Of a stretch of DNA of 64,000 nt, positions 38,852 to 47,921 are shown piece after piece (the first letter of the stretch is position 1; every line of letters starts with the position of its first letter). The position numbers and the translations under genes were made by a program. The stretch is taken from positions 3,255 through 67,254 of the forward strand of contig CANKBS010000009.1 in assembly GCA_947480015.1 (NCBI GenBank), given 5' to 3'. This DNA is from Sphingobacteriaceae bacterium (GTDB taxonomy: Bacteria > Bacteroidota > Bacteroidia > B-17B0 > Aurantibacillaceae). The notes under the pieces were generated by a model. It was not told the DNA's origin, searched no databases, and saw only the letters and a program-made list of their open reading frames with translations.

Positions 38852-39970
38852 TTGAAATTAATCTATAAAACTCAAATTATGTCATTAACAAAAGTTCATC
38901 TCAAAGTAACAGAAATACTTCTAGACCCAAACAATCCAAGATTTGCAGATGTTTCAGATGATAGTCTAAATGTTCCAGAAGGTAGATTTATTGACAAAGA
39001 AGTTCAAGATGATGCATTTAAAAAAATGATGCATCCCAAATTTGACGTAATCACTCTGGCAAAGTCAATAGAGACAGTTGGTTTTATACCGGTTGACAAT
39101 ATTGTTGTGAAATTAGTTGAAGGAACAAATTCATACGTTGTTGTTGAAGGGAACAGGAGAGTTACGGCACTACAATACTTGATAAGAGAATATAAAAAAG
39201 GTCAATCAATACTCACTAAGGAAGCTGTTGATTTAATCGCTGAGATAGATGTTTTACAGGTTAACGATACTTTGGCAAATTCAGAATACTTTGGAATGGT
39301 TATTCAAGGTATCAGAAATGTCTCGGGCATAAAAGAATGGGATGCTTTCCAGAAGGCGCAATTCATTAATAATATGATTGAAAAAGGCAAAGACCCTCAT
39401 ACGATTTCAAAAATGCTTGGAATGCAGGTAAAAGAGGTAAATCGATATTATAAAACTTATTGTGTGATGAATCAATTCAAACAAGATGAGGAGTATGGGT
39501 CATATTTTAAAAACTCCTTCTTTAGTCATTTTGATGAAATTCTCAAAAAGCCTGTATTAAGAACCTTCTTCGGTTGGAATGATGATAGCTATAAATTTGA
39601 AAATCTCACAAATATTCGCAGGTTCTATGAATGGATGCTTCCAGATGAAGAAGGAAATGTTACTTTTTCAGATGCAAGAGACGTAAGATTGCTTTCGGAC
39701 TTTACATCCGAACAAACTGCATTAAATTATTTGGATGACAAGAATTTTCAAAAGGCAGTGAATTACATTGAAAATAAAAATTTTAATAAAGTTGTTTCAT
39801 TTGATGAATGTATGTCTAAAATAAGACTCGCAATTGAAGCATTTAAAAATATATTGGGCGAAGGTTACGAGAATTTGTTGACAGATGACGATGTTATCTA
39901 TCTTGAAAATTCAATTTCTGAAATGAATGGGAAGCTTGCGAAAATCAAGAAATTGAAAGTAAGTGAATAA
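38852..39970 (+). CDS. ParB/Srx-like N-terminal domain protein
   Basis: LLDPNNPRF, YVVVEGNRRVTAL (GxxR ParB motif), WDAFQKA; likely start ATG 38879. Confidence 0.78.
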   Translation: MKLIYKTQIMSLTKVHLKVTEILLDPNNPRFADVSDDSLNVPEGRFIDKEVQDDAFKKMMHPKFDVITLAKSIETVGFIPVDNIVVKLVEGTNSYVVVEGNRRVTALQYLIREYKKGQSILTKEAVDLIAEIDVLQVNDTLANSEYFGMVIQGIRNVSGIKEWDAFQKAQFINNMIEKGKDPHTISKMLGMQVKEVNRYYKTYCVMNQFKQDEEYGSYFKNSFFSHFDEILKKPVLRTFFGWNDDSYKFENLTNIRRFYEWMLPDEEGNVTFSDARDVRLLSDFTSEQTALNYLDDKNFQKAVNYIENKNFNKVVSFDECMSKIRLAIEAFKNILGEGYENLLTDDDVIYLENSISEMNGKLAKIKKLKVSE

Positions 39971-40697
39971 GGAGCTTTTATTTCAATCAGTAAAATCATT
40001 TAATGTAGAAAAAGTCGAAACAACTACTTTTTTAATTCAGTATTTTACATTAATTGGTCTTAATCGTTTTAAGGCTTCTGAAGAAGCAGAAAAGAGAATA
40101 AATACATTTATCGATTTTATCAATAACGAACTTATCCGTTGCTCTAAAGTTGGAGAAGTTTGTATTTTTCAAACATCATCCAATAAAAATGTAACAAACT
40201 TCAATTTAAATTTCTTTTATGTTCAAGAACTTTGCAAAGAACTATATTCAGGAATTGATACTGTAGAATTTGAAGTCGCTTGTTCTAAAGTCCTAAAAAA
40301 CAACTTGAAAATTGAAAATGCTAATGTAACAAAAGCTAAAGGAGATGGTGGTTATGATTTCTATGGAAGCTATTTAGCGAAAGGAGGTAGTGATAATTAC
40401 ACTCATTCCGTAATTGAAATTTTCGGTCAATCGAAACAATATGCTGGAAATATTTCCAGACCTGAAATAGAAAAATTTTTAGGCTTTATTCAAAAAAACA
40501 ATCAAAATCGGCACTACAAACCTACTATATATATTTTTGCGTCGACTTCGGATTACTCTAATGAAGCATTACAGCTAGCAAATTCTTTTGGTATTATATG
40601 TTGGACAGGAATGCAGATAGCTTCCTTTATTTTTAATTCTTTATCATTGAGAATAGAAAATCCAAAAGAAGCGTTATTAAATTATATAAAAAAATAG
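39963..40697 (+). CDS. Mrr-like restriction endonuclease
   Basis: VTKAKGDGGYD...GQSKQY (D...QxK), FASTSDYSNEA, GIICWTG. Confidence 0.8.
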   Translation: MNKELLFQSVKSFNVEKVETTTFLIQYFTLIGLNRFKASEEAEKRINTFIDFINNELIRCSKVGEVCIFQTSSNKNVTNFNLNFFYVQELCKELYSGIDTVEFEVACSKVLKNNLKIENANVTKAKGDGGYDFYGSYLAKGGSDNYTHSVIEIFGQSKQYAGNISRPEIEKFLGFIQKNNQNRHYKPTIYIFASTSDYSNEALQLANSFGIICWTGMQIASFIFNSLSLRIENPKEALLNYIKK

Positions 40698-40737
40698 ACT
40701 TAAAATCGAAACAAAATTTTAGTCAAATAAAAACTCT

Positions 40738-41487
40738 ATGACAGAAGCACAGAAATCACAAGCAATGTCAATTATTTCACTTGGGACAACCAAAATTGTG
40801 AACAATTATAGCGAGAATGCCTTACTACTAAATTCGTGTTTTGTCGCTAAAAATAGATACGAAACATTGACTGAGACTAATGGTTTATCTACAATTAGAA
40901 ATATACCAACTAACCTCCGACTTGAAAATGAAATTGACGTGCAGTATTCTAATTCGGAACTTGTTGAAAATTATAGAAATGAACTTCCTAATATAATTTT
41001 CAAAAATTATATTATTGTTTCAGTTTCAAATGTTGACGCAACCTTGGAAGACTTATATGAACATCTTTTAAAAATTTATGAAGCAAACATTAATGAAAAT
41101 GAAGTTGAAAGGCGAATAAGAAATGCTTGGACAAATGATGGGATGCTATCTTACCTAATTGACCCACTTAAAAGTAATTTACAAAAACCAAACGGATTAG
41201 AAACAAGTTTTACTGAAGCACTGATGCGTTATTCGGAACTACGAATACTTCGTCACACTCTATTACATACTAATGGAAAACTGTCTGAAAAAAACAAGCA
41301 AAAACTTGAAAACTATTTAAATTCAACACCAGATGAGAGAAAAAATCTTGCGTTAATTAACAGCCCTTTATTCAATCAAGATTGGCAGATTACACTCAAT
41401 ATAAATCAAATCTTAGCAATTAGAAGGTATCTTTATGATTATCTGATGTATTTATTTCACTCTATAAATGAAAGAACTGTTATTTAA
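40738..41487 (+). CDS. Putative HEPN-domain protein
   Basis: Helical protein with ELRILRHTLLHTNG (R-x4-H) and N-terminal IIVSVSNVDATLED. Confidence 0.6.
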   Translation: MTEAQKSQAMSIISLGTTKIVNNYSENALLLNSCFVAKNRYETLTETNGLSTIRNIPTNLRLENEIDVQYSNSELVENYRNELPNIIFKNYIIVSVSNVDATLEDLYEHLLKIYEANINENEVERRIRNAWTNDGMLSYLIDPLKSNLQKPNGLETSFTEALMRYSELRILRHTLLHTNGKLSEKNKQKLENYLNSTPDERKNLALINSPLFNQDWQITLNINQILAIRRYLYDYLMYLFHSINERTVI

Positions 41488-41510
41488 AACTTTGCTTTAA
41501 TTCAATTAAT

Positions 41511-41542
41511 CGCTTGGCAGAATCCTAATCCGATTTTCCGTA
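41511..41542 (+). repeat. Copy 4 of 32-bp motif
   Basis: CGCTTGGCAGAATCCTAATCCGATTTTCCGTA. Confidence 0.8.
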
Positions 41543-41655
41543 TATCCATAAATCTCAATAAACCGGACTCAACCTGTAATCCCAGCCGGCGTTTTTCCCG
41601 GTGGAGCTAGAATCTTCATTGTAACAAAGCTCAAAGTATTTTCGTATAATACACT

Positions 41656-42132
41656 ATGGCAAGAAAATTTCACTTGCATCTAACTAACAAACTGACAAAT
41701 CACTTCATAGCTCGCTATTTCCATGGCAACCTCCAAGGAATGGCAATTATAGTGCTAACAAAGTCGAATATTGAGCAAATAAGGAGTGTTAAGAAACTAA
41801 TTGAGATAGCTAAAACACTTGAACCTTCAATTCAATCCATGAAAAGTGTTCTTCAAAACGAAAAGAAAATCTTCCCCTACCCGATTAATACAGACCCTAA
41901 AGAAATTATTGATTCAAAAGTGTTTTGTAAAGAATTCAGAACAAACAAAGCAGTGTGGAAATTGGAACCGTTCCAATGGCTAGATACTGAAAACCAATTT
42001 ATAATCGAAGAAATTTTTCTGATTTGCGAAAAAGACACATTTAATTTCGAGATTTACTTTTATCCTGAAAATGGAATCACCGAAACAAAAATGCTAGTCG
42101 AGAGAATTCCTTATTATCAAATCGGATTATGA
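41656..42132 (+). CDS. Hypothetical protein
   Basis: 158-aa ORF, start uncertain. Confidence 0.55.
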   Translation: MARKFHLHLTNKLTNHFIARYFHGNLQGMAIIVLTKSNIEQIRSVKKLIEIAKTLEPSIQSMKSVLQNEKKIFPYPINTDPKEIIDSKVFCKEFRTNKAVWKLEPFQWLDTENQFIIEEIFLICEKDTFNFEIYFYPENGITETKMLVERIPYYQIGL

Positions 42133-42247
42133 CTGTGCGAAAAAGGTCTAAAAAACAAGGTGTGTTTTTACCAGTAAAATCAAGCTTTCTTAATTTTATT
42201 TTCAGTGTTCTAAAAACGAGTGTTAATCTAACAGCAAAACTACAATT

Positions 42248-42823
42248 ATGAAAACAGCTATTTATGTCCGATGTTCAACTAAGACTAAAGGTCAAGACGT
42301 CGAGAACCAATTAATTCAGCTTCGTACATTTTGTAAGAGGAGCAACTACGAAATCACAAAAGTATATGAGGACTATGAAAGTGGCAATGACCTAAATCGA
42401 AAAGGTTTTAATGAAATGCTTAATGATGCCCGGAAAAGAAAATTTGAACTTCTTGTATTTTGGTCGCTAGACCGATTCTCCCGCTCTGGAACAAGACAGA
42501 CCATCCACTACCTTCAACAACTGGAGAGTTATAATGTTGTCTACAAAAGTTTCACTGAACAATATATTGACAGTGCCGGAATCTTTAGTGATGTTATCAT
42601 CAGCATTTTAAGTACCCTCGCGAAACAAGAAAAGGTCAGGCTAAGCGAGCGAGTAAAAGCTGGTTTGGATAAGGCAAGAACAAAAGGGAGAGTTGGAGGG
42701 AGACCGAAATTAAATCAAGATGTTATTGAGAAAATTAAAGAAATGAAGAGCCAAGGCTACTCAAATCGGCATATTGGACGTGAACTAAAGATTGGGAATT
42801 CAACAGTGGGACAATATTTATAA
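42248..42823 (+). CDS. Small serine recombinase (resolvase/invertase) with C-terminal HTH
   Basis: YVRCST (catalytic Ser), NQLIQL, SLDRFSR, RVKAGL...GRVGGRP, HTH tail. Confidence 0.93.
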   Translation: MKTAIYVRCSTKTKGQDVENQLIQLRTFCKRSNYEITKVYEDYESGNDLNRKGFNEMLNDARKRKFELLVFWSLDRFSRSGTRQTIHYLQQLESYNVVYKSFTEQYIDSAGIFSDVIISILSTLAKQEKVRLSERVKAGLDKARTKGRVGGRPKLNQDVIEKIKEMKSQGYSNRHIGRELKIGNSTVGQYL

Positions 42824-43252
42824 TTCGTTAAGATATGATAGTCATTCTAAAAACATTTAGGTTTAGAAAAACCCAAATAGGCGGTTTACAGCCAATGTAC
42901 ACAGTTGAAGGGTTAGTATTGACTGCTTTATTGTATTTTCCTTATGATAAACTGAACTAATTTTTTACTTGTTTAAAACAACCTATACACATTAATTCAA
43001 CACGACCCAAATTTTTAACTATTGTTAAAAATACATTATGTCTACTTTTCTCCTAGCTAAAAAGTTGGGTTGAATATACTTCACACTTTATCTTTGCGTT
43101 AACAAAAAAAATAATTTTCAATAAAATATTTTTTTGACTTTTTTGTAAATAATAACAGAAGTAATGGCGGTTGCTTTAATAAAAAACAAATTTAAACCTG
43201 TTGCCCTGATTAGCCCGCCAGCGAAAAGGGACACAGGTTTTTTTATTTAAAA

Positions 43253-43594
43253 ATGGAAACAGAATTATATGCATTAAGAAGAACAGTTATTTTTGAAAAA
43301 AAACCAACTAAGGATTCTTTAAAAAAACGATTAAAAAATGAAATTGAATATTTAGTTGATGAAGGTAAATTATCTGTAAACGAAAAATTGTACGAGTATT
43401 TAGATAGCCTTTCAAGATTGGATATAGGCACACCTGTTAACGTTGCTTACTATAACGGGCGAGGTAAACACACACGGTGTTATGATTTTACTAATCAAGT
43501 AATAAGATTTTTAGAATTTAGAGGCATAAACTGTGTTACTGGCAATAACGCACCAAGAGGTGGAAAAATTGGTAATTATGTTAAACTAACTTGA
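43253..43594 (+). CDS. Hypothetical protein with GNNAPRGGKIG motif
   Basis: 113-aa ORF; the C-terminal motif resembles one I recall from small phage proteins (unverified). Confidence 0.6.
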   Translation: METELYALRRTVIFEKKPTKDSLKKRLKNEIEYLVDEGKLSVNEKLYEYLDSLSRLDIGTPVNVAYYNGRGKHTRCYDFTNQVIRFLEFRGINCVTGNNAPRGGKIGNYVKLT

Positions 43595-43874
43595 AGAAAC
43601 AAAAACTTTTTTAGACCTCTTTAATTAGCGATTAGAAAAACGTCAAAAGTAAAATCAAGCCCTTAATGGTTCTTGAGAATATAAAAACAAATTCACGAAT
43701 TTGTTAACCTCAAACTTTGATAAAACTTATGATATAATTAGAAAAATCCAAAATCCCCGATTCATTACCAGCAATCGTTGGTTGAAGCATTTTGGCTCAA
43801 ATAAACCCAAAAATACGAACGTAACCGAATCCCTTAAATCTGGTCTGATTTCCAAGAATATCTACTTTTCCCCC

Positions 43875-44441
43875 TCAGACCCGCAATCTTGAAAATTGAA
43901 CTCGTTTCCTAAGCTGATTCTTAATCCTATTCAGCTTTGAATTCAATGCAGAAACACTTGTATTTAATTCATGAGCCAATTTTTTTTGACTGAACTGTTC
44001 AAAATAGTAAAGGTTTATTAAGTTCTTGTCTTTGGGGTTTAATTCACTAATAATCGCCTCTAAATATTTAGACTGTTCTTCTTTGATTAATGATGTTTCG
44101 AGGTCTTCTACATCGTTACATTTAATATTTAAATTGTATGGCTCTTCACGGGAGACAACTAAGCTCTTGTTCTTTTTAAATCTATACAAATCAATTAATG
44201 CGTTACGAGTTATTCTTTCCACCCAAGGCTTCAGGTGATAGTCTGGTTTAAAAGTGTAGAGCTTGTCAAATACTTTTACAGTTAAATCATGAGCCAATTC
44301 AATTGACTCTGCATCATAAATTGAACAATAATAAAGTTGATTTTTTATTATACCTCGAATTAGTTTATATAGTTGCTCAGAGGCTCTGTTATTTCCGTTC
44401 AAAGCCAATTCAATAACTTCCATTTCGTTTTTTATCTTCAT
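43875..44441 (-). CDS. ECF-type RNA polymerase sigma factor
   Basis: Region 2 (DLTVKVF...WVERITRNALIDLYR) and region 4 (LINLYYFEQFSQKKLAHELNTSVSALNSKLNR). Confidence 0.85.
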   Translation of the reverse strand: MKIKNEMEVIELALNGNNRASEQLYKLIRGIIKNQLYYCSIYDAESIELAHDLTVKVFDKLYTFKPDYHLKPWVERITRNALIDLYRFKKNKSLVVSREEPYNLNIKCNDVEDLETSLIKEEQSKYLEAIISELNPKDKNLINLYYFEQFSQKKLAHELNTSVSALNSKLNRIKNQLRKRVQFSRLRV

Positions 44442-44445
44442 AATT

Positions 44446-44904
44446 CTATTTTAAAAATTCATATATTTTTTTTGGTAGTAAAATCCTACATGTGTCTTGT
44501 TCAACGGATACTGTAATAGTCTTCAGACAAATGGTTGCATCAATAATTGCTTCATAATTCAGTATAAATTCTGATACAGATTTTTTGTTCACGGATTTCA
44601 ATTTCTTCTGGAAATTTAGATTGGAGTTATTATAAAGCTGAAGGATTTTTTCATCTCCATGCTCTTCCCTACTCTTGGCACTTGTAAAAACCAGTAAAGA
44701 TTGTGGTTTACCCGGAAAATTCATTTTAAGAGCCGAAAAAAAAGAAAGAAAATCAGTGCCATAAATTAGTGCCGGATTTGAAAAGGATTTTTCTGAGGCT
44801 CCAGTATCCAAAATCAAATTGGAATTTGAAACGCTTGCTGTCTGCTTTTGCCCGCAGAAACTAAGACTAAGAGCCAATATTATTTTACAAACAACCTTCA
44901 CCAT
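44446..44904 (-). CDS. Hypothetical exported protein / lipoprotein, co-oriented with the ECF sigma gene
   Basis: N-terminal hydrophobic stretch ending LSFC; 4-bp gap to the sigma gene. Confidence 0.6.
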   Translation of the reverse strand: MVKVVCKIILALSLSFCGQKQTASVSNSNLILDTGASEKSFSNPALIYGTDFLSFFSALKMNFPGKPQSLLVFTSAKSREEHGDEKILQLYNNSNLNFQKKLKSVNKKSVSEFILNYEAIIDATICLKTITVSVEQDTCRILLPKKIYEFLK

Positions 44905-45018
44905 GTAATATACGGGGAAATTTAGACCTATGTTACAGTCAGGAGCCAGTCGTTAGATTTCTGTAGGTCTGTAGAATATTTTTTCCTATTTTGGCAATGC
45001 TAAAATCCAAATAAAATA

Positions 45019-47427
45019 ATGGATAAAAAGACCCTATCTGAACGCGATATATGCACAAAGTTTATCACACCCGCTGTTGAAAAAGCAGGATGGAATAAGC
45101 TGACTCAACTATTGGAAGAAGTTTCCTTTACAGATGGAAAAATCTACGTTCGCGGTAAGCTTACTGCTAGAGGAAATCAAAAGAGAGCAGATTATATTCT
45201 TTATTACAAGCCAAATATTCCAATCGCAATAATTGAGGCAAAAGACAATAAGCACTCAGTTAGAGCCGGAATTCAACAAGCATTAGATTACGCTCAAATA
45301 CTGGATATTCCCTGCGTGTTCAGTAGCAATGGCGATGGTTTCCTTTTTCATGACCGCACGGCAACTGACGGCAAGATAGAAACCGAATTAAGCATTGACA
45401 GCTTCCCTACACCCGAACAACTATGGGAGAAGTACAAAAAATACAAAGGCATTACAACTCCTTTAGCTGAAAAGATTGCATCTCAAGATTATTACTTTGA
45501 TGGCACTAATCGCAAACCACGCTACTACCAACAAATTGCCGTAAACAGAACTGTTGAAGCGATTGCCAATGGTCAGAATAGACTAATTCTAGTGATGGCA
45601 ACCGGCACTGGGAAGACTTATACTGCTTTCCAAATTATTCATCGTTTGTGGAAGAGCGGAGCCAAAAAACGAATCTTGTTTTTAGCTGATAGAAATGCAC
45701 TAATTGACCAAACCCGACGAGGCGACTTCAAACATTTTAAGGATAAAATGACTGTTGTAAAACACCGTCAGATTGATAAAAGCTATGAAATATATTTGGC
45801 TCTATATCAAGGATTGTCGGGCACAGATGAGGACTCTGATGTTTACAAACAATTTTCACCAGACTTTTTTGACCTAATTGTTATTGATGAGTGCCATCGT
45901 GGAAGTGCAAAGGAAGATAGCTCTTGGCGTGAAATTTTATCCTACTTCAAAAACGCCACACATATTGGCTTAACTGCCACCCCTAAAGAAACAAAGGAAA
46001 CAAGTAACACCGAATATTTTGGAGAGCCAGTTTACACCTACTCTCTTAAACAAGGCATCGATGATGGTTTCTTGGCTCCCTATCGCGTTGTAAGAATAGC
46101 ATTGAATGTGGATGCGGAAGGTTGGCGACCCAATCAGGGTAAAACAGATAAAGATGGACATGCTGTTAAAGACCGCATGTATAATCGTAAAGACTTTGAC
46201 CGTTCATTAGTGATTGAAGAGCGTACTGAAATGGTCGCTAAAAAACTAACTGAATTTTTAAAGGGCTATGACCGTTTTGCAAAGACAATTGTTTTTTGCG
46301 TAGATATTGACCATGCAGAGCGGATGCGAACAGCCTTAGCAAAGGAAAATCCTGATTTGGTTGCTGAAAATTACAAATACATCATGCAAATTACTGGCGA
46401 TAACGATGAAGGCAAACGAGAGCTTGATAATTTCATTAACCCAGAAGAAAAATATCCTGTCATTGCAACTACCTCTGAATTGATGACCACTGGTGTTGAT
46501 GCACAAACCTGTAAAGTAATTGTTTTAGATGCGAATATTAATTCAATGACCAAGTTCAAACAAATAATTGGTCGTGGTACACGCATAAACGAGGAGTTTG
46601 GTAAATTGTATTTTACGATTCTTGATTTCAGGAATGCCACAGATTTATTTGCAGACCCTGCTTTTGATGGAGACCCGTTAAGGGTAAAACCTGTATCGCA
46701 AGATGAAGATTTGTCGATGGTTGTTATTGAAGAAGAAGAAAACACTGTGACCGTTTTAGATGAAGTTACCGGTGAAGAAATAAAATTTGAAAAAGTAAAT
46801 ATACGTTACCCAGATGGGTCGCGCCTAGGCGGTAGTTGGATTGCACAAGACCCCAATAGAACAAGAGAAAAGATTTATGTAAACGGTGTCGATGTTTCAG
46901 TGCTTGTAAGTAGAGAAATGTATTTCGACCAGCATGGGAAACCTATTACCACCAGTCTGAAAGACCATACCAAAGAAATCATCAAGCGAAAATTTGTTTC
47001 CTTAGATGACTTCCTAAACAAATGGAATTCGACCGACCGCAAAGAAGCCATCATTGCCGAATTACAGGAACAGGGCGTAATGGTTGAAGCCCTGTATGAA
47101 GCAGTTGGTAAACAGGTTGATTTATTCGACCTCATTTGCCATGTGGCTTTCGACCAGCCACCATTATCTAGAAAAGATAGAGCCAATAATGTGAAGAAGC
47201 GGAATTACTTCACCAAATATGGTGAAACTGCGAAGAAAGTATTAGAAGCTTTATTGGACAAATATGCTGATGAAGGCATCACCAACATTGAAAGTATAGA
47301 GGTATTAAGAATCAATCCTTTTGATGAGTTTGGCTCACCAACAGAAATTATAAATGAATTTGGTAGCAAGGAAAAATACTTGGAAGCTGTTAGAGAATTA
47401 GAAAAAGAACTATATAAGAGAGCATAA
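45019..47427 (+). CDS. hsdR: Type I restriction enzyme R subunit (EcoAI/EcoEI-like)
   Basis: IIEAK nuclease motif, MATGTGKT, DECH, QIIGRGTR, EcoEI-type C-terminus. Confidence 0.95.
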   Translation: MDKKTLSERDICTKFITPAVEKAGWNKLTQLLEEVSFTDGKIYVRGKLTARGNQKRADYILYYKPNIPIAIIEAKDNKHSVRAGIQQALDYAQILDIPCVFSSNGDGFLFHDRTATDGKIETELSIDSFPTPEQLWEKYKKYKGITTPLAEKIASQDYYFDGTNRKPRYYQQIAVNRTVEAIANGQNRLILVMATGTGKTYTAFQIIHRLWKSGAKKRILFLADRNALIDQTRRGDFKHFKDKMTVVKHRQIDKSYEIYLALYQGLSGTDEDSDVYKQFSPDFFDLIVIDECHRGSAKEDSSWREILSYFKNATHIGLTATPKETKETSNTEYFGEPVYTYSLKQGIDDGFLAPYRVVRIALNVDAEGWRPNQGKTDKDGHAVKDRMYNRKDFDRSLVIEERTEMVAKKLTEFLKGYDRFAKTIVFCVDIDHAERMRTALAKENPDLVAENYKYIMQITGDNDEGKRELDNFINPEEKYPVIATTSELMTTGVDAQTCKVIVLDANINSMTKFKQIIGRGTRINEEFGKLYFTILDFRNATDLFADPAFDGDPLRVKPVSQDEDLSMVVIEEEENTVTVLDEVTGEEIKFEKVNIRYPDGSRLGGSWIAQDPNRTREKIYVNGVDVSVLVSREMYFDQHGKPITTSLKDHTKEIIKRKFVSLDDFLNKWNSTDRKEAIIAELQEQGVMVEALYEAVGKQVDLFDLICHVAFDQPPLSRKDRANNVKKRNYFTKYGETAKKVLEALLDKYADEGITNIESIEVLRINPFDEFGSPTEIINEFGSKEKYLEAVRELEKELYKRA

Positions 47428-47430
47428 TCG

Positions 47431-47913
47431 ATGTTATATATTCTAGAGGTTAATGACCAAACCAAAAGTGACGTAGTTGAATTAACATCCTTCAATTATT
47501 TGTTTGTTTCTGTAATGTCTGAAAAGGAAGCAGACGAGTTTGTTATTATTCAAGAAAAGGCAAAGTATGAAATAAAGGATAAAATTAGTGAACTCACTAA
47601 AAAGGGATTAATCTCCAACCTACCAACTAGAGACAAAACTTTATTATTTCTATTAGTGTATTTAGAAGGATGCTTGATTGCCTATGGTTATTCTATAGAA
47701 GACCCAGACGATAAAGATATTTGTTATATAAATACAATATTCGTTTCCAACGAACACAGAGGACTCGGATTAAGTAGTGTTATCCTAAAGAAATTAATAA
47801 ATGAGAACTTAACAAGATATCCTCACTTCAAAAAGATAAAAGGGATTACACAAAATGACAATAAAAAAGCCCAAAAAATATTAATTAATATGGGATTTAT
47901 ACATTCACAATAA
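47431..47913 (+). CDS. GNAT family acetyltransferase
   Basis: IFVSNEHRGLGLS acetyl-CoA motif A, NKKAQKILINMGF motif B. Confidence 0.82.
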   Translation: MLYILEVNDQTKSDVVELTSFNYLFVSVMSEKEADEFVIIQEKAKYEIKDKISELTKKGLISNLPTRDKTLLFLLVYLEGCLIAYGYSIEDPDDKDICYINTIFVSNEHRGLGLSSVILKKLINENLTRYPHFKKIKGITQNDNKKAQKILINMGFIHSQ

Positions 47914-47921
47914 ATAAATAG

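Noticed and set aside
35580-41542. 32-bp repeats considered as a CRISPR array
   Set aside because: Spacing is 1.3-2.8 kb with whole genes between copies, and there are no cas genes.
37348-41608. Same repeats considered as classical integron attC sites or Xer dif/pdif sites
   Set aside because: No consistent RYYYAAC...GTTRRRY ends, no XerD arm (TTATGTTAAAT-like) after the CGTATA, and no IntI-type insertion domain recognised in the integrase.
43701-43892. 63-aa + strand ORF downstream of the ECF sigma gene
   Set aside because: TTG start, no motif, overlaps the sigma stop; no support as an anti-sigma factor.
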